From NCBI GenBank assembly GCA_963817955.1, contig CAWFQK010000006.1, positions 51,007-115,006 of the forward strand: a stretch of 64,000 bases of DNA, in the 5' to 3' direction. Below, one piece after another: positions 1 through 8,362 of the stretch (positions within the stretch are counted from its first letter, which is position 1; every line of letters starts with the position of its first letter). The position numbers were made by a program, and so were the translations under genes. Under the pieces are notes generated by a model. That model did no database searches, was not told where the DNA came from, and saw only the letters and a list, made by a program, of their open reading frames with translations. The stretch comes from an uncultured Gemmatimonadaceae bacterium (GTDB lineage: Bacteria > Gemmatimonadota > Gemmatimonadetes > Gemmatimonadales > Gemmatimonadaceae).

Positions 1-414
1 CTGTGCCGGCGTCTGTGTCGTGCGCGGCACGTCGGGTCCAGCGATCTGAATGAGCGACGCCGTCTGCGTCACCTTCAAACCATTCTGTTCGGCGACGCTC
101 TTCACCAGCTCCACCATGCCGTCTCGCGTCACCGGGCGCCCCATGTGCAGCGTGATGTGCTGAGACGGGATGTTGGACATCGAGGCATTCAGGTCACCGG
201 CGGCAACGAGCGCGTCGAGCACCACGCGCAGTTCCTGATCCTGGAAGTCGAGCACAACGCCGGAAGGCACTTTCTTCGTCGTGTCGGCTGCCGCTTTCGG
301 CGGCACGGCCGGAATGCGTGTGGCCCGGCTTGAGGCGCCGCCCTGCGCAATCATCGGACGCGCGAGTATTACGGCGCCCACGCTCAACAACACGGTGTAT
401 CGTGCGATAGACAT
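1..414 (-). CDS. gspD: Type II secretion secretin GspD, N-terminal part (truncated by window edge)
   Basis: Not in the ORF track; translated by hand from ATG 414: MSIARYTVLLSVGAVILARPMIAQ...VVLDFQDQELRVVLDALVAAGDLN. This is a signal peptide plus a secretin N0-like LDFQDxELRxVL motif, and it is the last visible gene of the gsp operon. Confidence 0.75.
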   Translation of the reverse strand, partial: MSIARYTVLLSVGAVILARPMIAQGGASSRATRIPAVPPKAAADTTKKVPSGVVLDFQDQELRVVLDALVAAGDLNASMSNIPSQHITLHMGRPVTRDGMVELVKSVAEQNGLKVTQTASLIQIAGPDVPRTTQTPAQ

Positions 415-416
415 TG

Positions 417-923
417 TCAGATTCCTGGCTTGGGCACAACAACGTCCACACGGACGCCGCCGGTACTCACGAGCGTTACCTTGCCGCGTTCGATTATTCG
501 AACCGTCCACGCTCCGATCCGATCGCCGACATGCACGAGCGTCGGTTTCGCACCGCCGAGCTGCACCGTCGCGAAACTGCGACCATCGGTCGCCACGACG
601 GTGCCAAGTACCGCCGGCTTGTCCGGTACGACAGCAGGCGCGTCGGAGTCGGCGGTCTCGCCCGGCATTCGATAGGGCACCGACGACGCAGCGCGATCGG
701 ATGCGAAGACGTCGTGTTCTACCGCCGCGTCGACGTCCGCGACCGGTGCCGGTTGGGGCCGCACAATTGACGATAGGCTCACGAGCGTCGTCGCCGGCGT
801 CGGTGGCAGCGGTTCCGGACGCACGGCACGAACGATCGCCCAGAGCAGGACGAGCATCGACAGCGTCAACGCCCCGAGAGCGATGCGTCCCGCCGACGTG
901 CGACTCACAGCGCGCAGAGTCAT
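417..923 (-). CDS. T2SS accessory membrane protein (GspC/PilP-like)
   Basis: Single N-terminal TM, Pro-rich linker, C-terminal beta domain VLGTVV...VHVGDRIGAWTVRIIERGKVTL; lies between gspM and gspD. Confidence 0.65.
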   Translation of the reverse strand: MTLRAVSRTSAGRIALGALTLSMLVLLWAIVRAVRPEPLPPTPATTLVSLSSIVRPQPAPVADVDAAVEHDVFASDRAASSVPYRMPGETADSDAPAVVPDKPAVLGTVVATDGRSFATVQLGGAKPTLVHVGDRIGAWTVRIIERGKVTLVSTGGVRVDVVVPKPGI

Positions 924-1495
924 GGCTGCCCCGTCGCGAAGCCAGAGACGATCGCCGCGATCGACAAGGTCTCGGCTTCTTTTTCATCAGCACGCGGCGA
1001 TCGAGAAATGTCGAGCCGTTCTATACGGACCAGTTTGTCGCCACGCTCGAGGCTCTGCAAGAACATGAGCGTACCGAGCAAGTCCGATTCGGCGCGAATC
1101 TCCACGTGGAGTTGACGCACGCCGTCGCTGCCGCGTGTCGCGGGACGAGTCCCGGCGTCCTGTAGCCACACGCGTGTTCGATGGGCCACGTCGCCAACGT
1201 ACGACGCGAGCTCCGCGCTCGCCATGACGTCGTCCTTGCCTTCGAACAGGCGTGGTCGCATCGCGCGCATGGCGGAATCGGCGACGCGTTGGAGTTGTGG
1301 ATTCCGGTTCGCTGCCGCGACAGCGGCCCGTTCGCGCACCAACGTTGCCTGTTCCGTTGCCAGCTGATCGCGTGCCTCGCCAAGTGCGGCTTGATAGGGC
1401 CGAACGCCCCAAATGAAGAGCACGCCTGGAAGCAACACGATCGCCCCAGTGATCACGGCGCGCCGATCGCGCGCATTCATCGTATGCCACTTCAT
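920..1495 (-). CDS. gspM: T2SS GspM/PilO-like protein
   Basis: Start reassigned to MKWHTMNARDRRAV (ATGA overlap with gspL stop); TM, coiled coil, LMFLQSLERGDKLVRIERLDI. Confidence 0.75.
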   Translation of the reverse strand: MKWHTMNARDRRAVITGAIVLLPGVLFIWGVRPYQAALGEARDQLATEQATLVRERAAVAAANRNPQLQRVADSAMRAMRPRLFEGKDDVMASAELASYVGDVAHRTRVWLQDAGTRPATRGSDGVRQLHVEIRAESDLLGTLMFLQSLERGDKLVRIERLDISRSPRADEKEAETLSIAAIVSGFATGQP

Positions 1496-2901
1496 GGGAT
1501 CGACCTCGGCGCAACCGGATTGGAGGCCGGCGTCGGCAGCACATGTCCGTTCGTGCCAACGACGCGAGCGGCGATGGTGAAGTGCTCGAGCGCCGCGCCA
1601 TCTTGTTGCAGCTCGCGGCGCACGGGTGACGCGGATTGCACGTTCGCCAATCCGGCCGTCTTCTCCAGAGCGTCGAAGACGCGTGCGGCGTGAGCGGCCA
1701 GGCCATCGACGATCAGCGAATCCTGACGCGCGCGAATGGCCGTGAGATAGGCGTCGTCCGGTATCGATTCGCTCAGTTTGGCGATCAACGAGGACCACTG
1801 CGCCGACTGACGCTCGGCTGCGGTGAGCGATGCGAGACTTCTATAGGCTGCGTCTACCGTGGTGCGGCCGACGAGTGTCGACGCGATCTGCGGCCGAAGC
1901 TTTGCGCGTTCGGCGCGGACCACGCTCAATTGATGACGCACGCCCCAGAGCTGGACGGTCGCGGCAAGCACCAGTATGACTGCCGCGGCGGCACCGAGCG
2001 TCCAGGTTGCGCGGCGGACCTGCGCCCGGTCGAGCGCGAGGTTTTCCTCGCCGCGAAGCACCGGCCCACTGCCGCTGCCGGCGAAGTGCGCCGCCAGCAC
2101 ATCGGTCGTTTCTGTAGAGGACGACCACTCTCCGACGGGCGCGGTCACGCTTACTCCGCGTGCCGCAAGAGCGGCAGACAGCACGCGGCGCTGTGGGGTG
2201 CCCCCCTCGATACCGAGGCGAGCATTCGGGCCGACGGCATCGATGATCGTGTCGGCATCGAATGCACCTGGTCCGAGGCGCCGCACACCAGCGAGGCGCC
2301 CATCGTCCAGTTGGAGCAGGTCCGTGTGGCCGGCATGTGCAACGAGTACGCAAGAAGCTTTTCGTGCGAACGACGGCCACAACGACGTTCCCGCCGCCGC
2401 CCATGCAGCTTCGGCCGGCGCAATGGTCTCGATCGTCCACCCGGATTGCTGTGCCGCTACGTGAATGGCCGCCACGAGACGAGCCGATGCGGCGGCGGCC
2501 ACCACACCGCCAGTTGCACCGCGCGCACCTCGCACGGTTCGCGACGTACCGATGAGTTGTTGCGATTTCGCCCCAACGAAGTACTTCGCGGCGTTCCGCG
2601 ACAGCAGCCGGTGCAGATCCTCGTCGCCGAGCGGAGGCAAGTCGAGACGGCGCACCTCGCTCAGCGGCGGCAGCAGCGACACGGCGAGCGTGCCATTCGT
2701 GACGCCAAGCGTCTCCGCCAACGCACGCAATGCCGCTGCGAGCGACGGCCACGCGCCGCCGTCGAGTGGCGGCAGCTCGAGTGGCGCACGGAACGCGCCT
2801 TCTATCCGCAGGCGGACGTCGACGGCGATCAGCTCGGCCGGCCCAATCGCGATGCCCGTGCGGATTCGCTTGCTCGATTGCTTGCCCCTGCGAGTCACCA
2901 T
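1492..2901 (-). CDS. gspL: T2SS GspL/PilM-PilN-like protein
   Basis: Cytoplasmic actin-like region, TM, PilN-like LSESIPDDAYLTAI...LIVDGLA; operon position. Confidence 0.75.
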   Translation of the reverse strand: MVTRRGKQSSKRIRTGIAIGPAELIAVDVRLRIEGAFRAPLELPPLDGGAWPSLAAALRALAETLGVTNGTLAVSLLPPLSEVRRLDLPPLGDEDLHRLLSRNAAKYFVGAKSQQLIGTSRTVRGARGATGGVVAAAASARLVAAIHVAAQQSGWTIETIAPAEAAWAAAGTSLWPSFARKASCVLVAHAGHTDLLQLDDGRLAGVRRLGPGAFDADTIIDAVGPNARLGIEGGTPQRRVLSAALAARGVSVTAPVGEWSSSTETTDVLAAHFAGSGSGPVLRGEENLALDRAQVRRATWTLGAAAAVILVLAATVQLWGVRHQLSVVRAERAKLRPQIASTLVGRTTVDAAYRSLASLTAAERQSAQWSSLIAKLSESIPDDAYLTAIRARQDSLIVDGLAAHAARVFDALEKTAGLANVQSASPVRRELQQDGAALEHFTIAARVVGTNGHVLPTPASNPVAPRSIP

Positions 2902-3857
2902 TGGCGATACGAGATGGTGGCCCGATTGCCGGTACGTTGCACGATGGCCGTGAGTTTGGTTGGAGCAGCCTGCGGACCGGCTCGCGATGTGATCGTGAGC
3001 TCGATTTCCGTTGTCGTCGTGGTTGTCCGCCCCCTCAGCGCGCCGACAGCTGCCTGGCTCGACAACTGGCCGGGAACGCGACGACCGCCAGTTTGTCCCG
3101 GGAAGAGATCCGTGATGTTGTTGATACGCCGCCCCTGTGACCGAAGTTGTAGGATCATGTTGATCGTCGCGTCGGTCATGCCAGGCAAGGCGCGCAGCAC
3201 CGGGACCGGGGCCGTGTTGACGTTGATGGTGCCCGAGCCGCGCGTCGTCAGATACGGCGAAGCCGCGGCATAGATCTCTGGCGTCATGCCCATCACGTTC
3301 TGCAGCTCCTCTACGTCTCGAAAGGGCGCGTTCGTCGGCAACGCCAACATCTCAGCTTTGATATAGTCGTCGCGCTCAGCACCGTTCGGGCGCGCGATGC
3401 TGTCGGCGTCGCGCCAATCGAGAATGGTCTGCGCCAATTGCTGCGACTTACTGAAGTCGTGCAGCAAGAAGCTGAAGAAGGTCTGGATCTCGGTCTCACC
3501 GAGTTGATTGATGTTCAGCTTTTCACCGAGGTCCTGCGCCTGAACGTCCACTTCCATGCTGTCGACGAGGACCGGCCCGGAATACGACGAATCGACACCG
3601 AGCCACGGATCGCCCACCCGCAGACGGCTGACGGCCATGTTGCTCGTGCTCGGCGCCACGCGGAGCGCCTGTTCGAGTCTGGCCTGCATGAGCGCCAGCG
3701 CTCCCGCCGCCGCGGCGCGCTGAATGCCGCGCTCGGAGGCCAGTATCCCGATGGTCCGCCGCTCATGTGCCTCGAGGCTGAATTGCAATGCAACCGTCGC
3801 AATGGCGACGACCAGCCATAGAGCGGCGAGCAACGCGACTCCGCGGCGCGGTCTCAT
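2895..3857 (-). CDS. gspK: T2SS minor pseudopilin GspK
   Basis: MRPRRGVALLAALWLV prepilin-like start (ATGA overlap with gspJ); KLNIN, ILDWRDAD, INVNTAPVPVLRALPG motifs. Confidence 0.9.
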   Translation of the reverse strand: MRPRRGVALLAALWLVVAIATVALQFSLEAHERRTIGILASERGIQRAAAAGALALMQARLEQALRVAPSTSNMAVSRLRVGDPWLGVDSSYSGPVLVDSMEVDVQAQDLGEKLNINQLGETEIQTFFSFLLHDFSKSQQLAQTILDWRDADSIARPNGAERDDYIKAEMLALPTNAPFRDVEELQNVMGMTPEIYAAASPYLTTRGSGTINVNTAPVPVLRALPGMTDATINMILQLRSQGRRINNITDLFPGQTGGRRVPGQLSSQAAVGALRGRTTTTTTEIELTITSRAGPQAAPTKLTAIVQRTGNRATISYRQW

Positions 3858-4525
3858 CGGCCAGCCTGCCCTACGCCGACGCTTCCAATGGGCCAGATCA
3901 TGGGCAGTGTGAGGATCCGTGGAAGCTGGACAAGACTCGATCCGAGCGTCACGCGCACAGCCTTTGGAACAACCGTCGAAACTTGCGACGCGGCGAACCA
4001 GCGGTTCGTGCGCGTATCGAGGAATTCCACTTTCAACGAATCGATCGTCGAATCGAGCATCCGTCGCACGAGCGGTGTCTGCACGTTCGGCTGATACTCG
4101 ATACAGAGTCCCGTTTCCGACGTGTTGTTGTCGGCGTCCACGTACAAGCGAATGCGCACGTCCGCCAGCAGCGATGGATTGAGCGCAGACGTCGTGAACG
4201 TGAGCTCGTCGCCGCTTGCCTGCGCTGCGGACACCGCCGCGACGTTCGTTCCGCCGGTAGACGGCGCTGCGGCTCCGCGGCCGGCACGTGAGAGTCCACG
4301 CGGACCTCCGCCGAGCTGGATCTGCACCTGGCCGGCGTCGATCCATCCGTGCAGCATCTCGCGCAACGCCGCCGCTCGCTCGGTGGACACCGAGGCGTCG
4401 CGGATGATCTGGCGGTGATCGATGATCGAACCGAAGGCTGCCGCACCGGCAGCGGCCATCATGCCCGTGATCGCCAGTCCGATCACGAGCTCCATGAGGG
4501 TCATTCCGCGGCGCGCATGCATCAT
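3854..4525 (-). CDS. gspJ: T2SS pseudopilin GspJ-like
   Basis: RRGMTLMELVIGLAI class III signal peptide; overlaps gspI stop. Confidence 0.8.
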   Translation of the reverse strand: MMHARRGMTLMELVIGLAITGMMAAAGAAAFGSIIDHRQIIRDASVSTERAAALREMLHGWIDAGQVQIQLGGGPRGLSRAGRGAAAPSTGGTNVAAVSAAQASGDELTFTTSALNPSLLADVRIRLYVDADNNTSETGLCIEYQPNVQTPLVRRMLDSTIDSLKVEFLDTRTNRWFAASQVSTVVPKAVRVTLGSSLVQLPRILTLPMIWPIGSVGVGQAGR

Positions 4526-4926
4526 TGGCGCGTCACCAACGGAGGAGTGCGGTACTGGTACGTCCGCACGGTGTATGAACCGGCTGGCCACTCGACAGTG
4601 ACCCGTATGTCATACACGCCAGCCTGCGCCGACAGCGCGGTGCTCGTCGCTGTCCAGGAGTACTCGTCGAGAGGCGGCAGGAAGTTGCCTTTCGCCACGG
4701 AATCGGCCAGCGACTGGAGCTCGACGTCGCTCAACAGATTCATGAATTCCAGGCGGGAGCCGGCAAGGGCCTCGAGCTCCATGGCACGACGAGCCCGCTC
4801 CGCGGTCCGCATGTCTGAGCCGACAGCTTCGAGCGCGCCCACCGCCGTCATGCCGACGATGGCGACCGCCACCACGGCCTCGAACAACGAGATGCCGCGC
4901 CGGCGGCGGTCAGCGGGAATCGGCAC
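4522..4926 (-). CDS. gspI: T2SS pseudopilin GspI-like
   Basis: RRGISLFEAVVAVAIV prepilin motif, 134 aa. Confidence 0.8.
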   Translation of the reverse strand: MPIPADRRRRGISLFEAVVAVAIVGMTAVGALEAVGSDMRTAERARRAMELEALAGSRLEFMNLLSDVELQSLADSVAKGNFLPPLDEYSWTATSTALSAQAGVYDIRVTVEWPAGSYTVRTYQYRTPPLVTRQ

Positions 4927-5368
4927 GGGCTATTCCGCTCCACGCGTCCACGCGGACAATCAGCGGTACGTCGCCGCCGCGAATGACCGCCGTGTCGGCG
5001 AAGGCCGCTCCCGTGGACCGAAAGACGTACTGCAACCGCGGTTGATCGGTGGCGAGCGTCCGCGTCATGCCCAGGTCCAGCACACCGGTCGCCAACGTGC
5101 CGAACCCGTTCACGCCGGAGGTATCGAGCTGGTACTTGAGCGTCTTGGGATCGACGCGCAACGTGGACGTGCCGTTGAAGGTGATGGCAGCCTTGCGCGC
5201 ATCGTGCAGCAGTCCGAGCAGCGCGTCGGCGCCACCAGCGGGCTGCTCGCTTCCCAAACGTGCGAACGCGGGCACAGCGAGCGTGGCGGCGATGGACATC
5301 ACGAGGAGAACCATCGTGAGCTCCCACAGCGTGAAGCCGGAACGAGTACCGCGGGCGCCGGTGGTCAC
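4910..5368 (-). CDS. gspH: T2SS pseudopilin GspH-like
   Basis: SGFTLWELTMVLLVM prepilin motif; ARKAAI helix. Confidence 0.8.
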   Translation of the reverse strand: MTTGARGTRSGFTLWELTMVLLVMSIAATLAVPAFARLGSEQPAGGADALLGLLHDARKAAITFNGTSTLRVDPKTLKYQLDTSGVNGFGTLATGVLDLGMTRTLATDQPRLQYVFRSTGAAFADTAVIRGGDVPLIVRVDAWSGIARADSR

Positions 5369-6588
5369 TTGAACGAGTTCGCGTTGATGCCGTAGATCGC
5401 CTGCAGCAGCGAGAGCGCGACGAAAGCAACGATCGCCCCGAACATCACGATCATGGCGGGTTCGGCAAGCGTGGCCAAACGCTGCGTCGCGCGTTCCGTT
5501 CGTTCCTCGAAAATGTCCGCCGCCTTCATGAGGAACACTCGCAACTGCCCAGCTTCCTCTCCAACACCGACGAGTTGCGCGAGCAGCGGCGGGAAGATCG
5601 AACTGTCACTGACCGCTGCCCGAAGCGAACTCCCTTCGCGGACGCGAGTGCGAATGCGCACCGCATCGTCTCGAGCGACGGGGTCTCCGATCGATTCTAT
5701 GGTGTCGTCGAGTGCGACGAGCAATGGCGCGCCGCCGCCGAGCAGCACGCCGACCAGACGTGCGAAGCGCCCCGCCAACGCATACCGCCGCAACATGCTC
5801 ACGCCAGGCAGCGTGAGCAGAATCTTCGACCAGGCCCGCCGGCCATCGTCCGTGTTCGTGGCCCACGCGGCAAACGCGGCGACCCCGAACGGAATGAGCA
5901 GGAGAACCGGCCAGAAGCGATGCAGCAGGGCGGAAAATGCAAGCAACATTGACGTTGACGTCGGCAGCTTTGCTCCGCTTCCCTCGAGCAGCGTCACGAA
6001 CCGCGGCAGCACGAAGAGCAGAAGGACGGTCACGGCGATGGCGCCGGCGGTGGCGAGCAACAAGGGATAGATTGCCGCCGAAAGCACCTTACCACGCAGT
6101 TGTTCGTCGCGATCGAGCTGGTCCGCCAGGCGTGCGAACGCCGCGTCGATGTCGCCACTTCGCTCGCCGGCACGCACGAGGCCTACGTAGAGCGGTGGGA
6201 ATAGCTGGCGATGCTCGGCCAGCGCTGAACTCAGCGTGTCGCCGCGTTCCACGCGCGCCCGCACTTCCTGCATTGCACTTTTCACATCGCCCGATGCAAC
6301 GCCCGACGCAGCCTGCAGCGCCTGGGCCAGCGGCATGCCAACCGGCAGCAGCGCAGCCATGGCACGCGTGACTTCGAGTACCTCGCGCCGTCGCCCAAAG
6401 CGGAACCCACGCTGTGACGACTCGGCCTCAGCCGACTCCGCGACGTCGAGTACGAGCAGCCCGCGCTGTTCGAGTGTACGCGCCAGCGCGCCCGAACTCA
6501 CCGCCTGCGCGTGGCCACGCAGGCGTTTGCCCGATCCGTCCACGGCTTGATACGCGTAGGTAGGCATGAGTGAGGCTGAGGATGACAT
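5365..6588 (-). CDS. gspF: T2SS inner-membrane platform protein GspF
   Basis: MPTYAYQAVD, AGERSG, AAIYP, VGEEAG, LAEPAMI motifs (start may be 6567). Confidence 0.93.
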   Translation of the reverse strand: MSSSASLMPTYAYQAVDGSGKRLRGHAQAVSSGALARTLEQRGLLVLDVAESAEAESSQRGFRFGRRREVLEVTRAMAALLPVGMPLAQALQAASGVASGDVKSAMQEVRARVERGDTLSSALAEHRQLFPPLYVGLVRAGERSGDIDAAFARLADQLDRDEQLRGKVLSAAIYPLLLATAGAIAVTVLLLFVLPRFVTLLEGSGAKLPTSTSMLLAFSALLHRFWPVLLLIPFGVAAFAAWATNTDDGRRAWSKILLTLPGVSMLRRYALAGRFARLVGVLLGGGAPLLVALDDTIESIGDPVARDDAVRIRTRVREGSSLRAAVSDSSIFPPLLAQLVGVGEEAGQLRVFLMKAADIFEERTERATQRLATLAEPAMIVMFGAIVAFVALSLLQAIYGINANSFK

Positions 6589-6612
6589 CGCGGCGGCTGC
6601 GCCGACGCGATG

Positions 6613-7122
6613 TCACTTCCAACTGGTGATATCTGCGTCTTCGCCCTCGCCGCCCGGCGTGCCATCGCGGCCGTACGACAACAGGTCGTATCCCTGCAGG
6701 TTCACCTGCCCAGGGAACAGATAGACATACGGTCGTCCCCAGGGGTCGGGAGGAACGGGCTTCCGGAGGTATGGCGCGCGCCAGTTCGGCGGCGGGTCGA
6801 CCGTCGGCTTTTCCCACAGGGCATTCAGCCCCTGTTCGGTGCTCGGATATCGTCCGTTATCCAGACGATATGCGTCGAGCGCGGCGCCGAGCATCTCGAT
6901 CTGAGACTTGGCCGTGGCGTCTTTCGCTGCACCAACGTGCTGAAAGATGTTTGGCGCGACGAGCGTGGCGAGAATCGCGATGACCACGATCACCACGAGG
7001 ATCTCGATGAGCGTGAATCCGGAGCGCCGCCCACCAAGGCTGCGTCGTTGGAGCCGCGCGCGAACGCGTGTGACAGGCATCATCTGGGAGGGAAAGAGCG
7101 AGCACTGCGGACTGTTGGACAC
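6613..7122 (-). CDS. gspG: T2SS major pseudopilin GspG
   Basis: GFTLIEILVVIVVIAILA, YRLDNGRYPSTEQGL, DPWGRPY, DLLSYGRDG; true start probably somewhat downstream. Confidence 0.95.
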   Translation of the reverse strand: MSNSPQCSLFPSQMMPVTRVRARLQRRSLGGRRSGFTLIEILVVIVVIAILATLVAPNIFQHVGAAKDATAKSQIEMLGAALDAYRLDNGRYPSTEQGLNALWEKPTVDPPPNWRAPYLRKPVPPDPWGRPYVYLFPGQVNLQGYDLLSYGRDGTPGGEGEDADITSWK

Positions 7123-7250
7123 ATCGAGCGCGGAAACGGTTTTCCTACCATGACTTAGCCGCGCCCTGATATAACTACGCGTGAATGGCAGACGCCGTTT
7201 GACCGGTCGGCGTTAAGATGCCTGAGTGCGCAGGTCTCGGCCAGATGTGG

Positions 7251-7293
7251 GACACGAGACACGAGACACGGGACACGAGACAACGAGACACGC
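7251..7293. repeat. Heptamer tandem repeat (GACACGR) x6
   Basis: GACACGA GACACGA GACACGG GACACGA GACAACGA GACACGC immediately past the fabH stop. Confidence 0.9.
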
Positions 7294-7295
7294 GC

Positions 7296-8355
7296 CTACG
7301 CCCGATACAGCTCCGCGCCCCAGTGCAATCCCGAGCCAAGCGCGGTGAAGCAAATCAACATGTCGGGCTTGATGAGTCCGTCACGCACACACTCATGGTA
7401 GAGAATCGGTAGGGTGCCAGCCGTCGTGTTCCCGTATCGCTCGATGTTGTGCGGAACTTTCTCCGGCGGGAAGTCGAGCTGCTTCGCCACCGCTTCGACG
7501 ATCCGGAGGTTTGCCTGGTGAATCAACAGCAGGTCGATGTCGGCAACCTCCACCCCGACAGACGCGCAAACCTGCCGAACCGCCTCCGGCATGCGCGACA
7601 CCGCCTCCTTGAACACCGAGCGACCTTCCATCATGGGAATCGATTCGCCCGCGTCGAGTTGCTCGTGCGTCACGTACGGACGCCGACGAAACCCCACCCC
7701 CGGCACGTACAAGCGCCTCGATGTTCGATCCGTCGCTGAACAGCTTCGACGCGAAAAATCCATGCCGATCGTCGTCACGCGCCTCGACGACCATCGCACC
7801 GGCTCCGTCCCCGAACAGGACGGTCCGATCGCGGATCGCCGTGTTTGCTGCGTACTGCTCCGGAGTCACCGTCCCATCGCCACGTCCAATGGTGACATCC
7901 CATCCATTCTGCCAGGGCATGAATGGAGTGTGGACGTCGGCGCCGACGATGAGGAGGCGCTTGAACTTGCGCGATTGCAGCAGGGAATCGGCAAGATCGA
8001 GCGCGTAGAGGAATCCCGAGCACTGCTGGCGAATATCAAAGGTGGGAATATTCCCAAACCCCATCCGCGCTTGCAGCAGAGGACCGTTGCCGGGGAAGAA
8101 GTAGTTCGGTGTCATCGTCGCGAAGATCAGGCCGTCGACATCGGCGGTCGTCACCCCCGCCGATATCATCGCCTGCTCGGCTGCCATCATCCCCAGTTCG
8201 GCGGACCCTTGCCCCGGATCGGCATAGTGCCGCTGCTCGATGCCGCTCCGGGTGCGGATCCACTCGTCCGACGTATCCATGATCTTCGACAGCACGTCGT
8301 TCTTCACGACATTCGTCGGAATACCGATTCCAGTCCCGACGATGACGGATCTCAT
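7296..8355 (-). CDS. fabH: 3-oxoacyl-ACP synthase III (FabH family), split by a +1 frameshift near 7712
   Basis: DTSDEWIRTRSGI, QQCSGF and LFGDGAGA are in one frame; HQANLRI, YGNT and GSGLHWG are in another. Removing one base in GCG CTT GTA joins ...IEAL-YVPG.... Confidence 0.9.
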
Positions 8356-8362
8356 GCTTCGA

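Noticed and set aside
7700..7720. Programmed ribosomal frameshift in fabH
   Set aside because: No slippery heptamer at the junction, and the same +1 pattern recurs in three unrelated genes.
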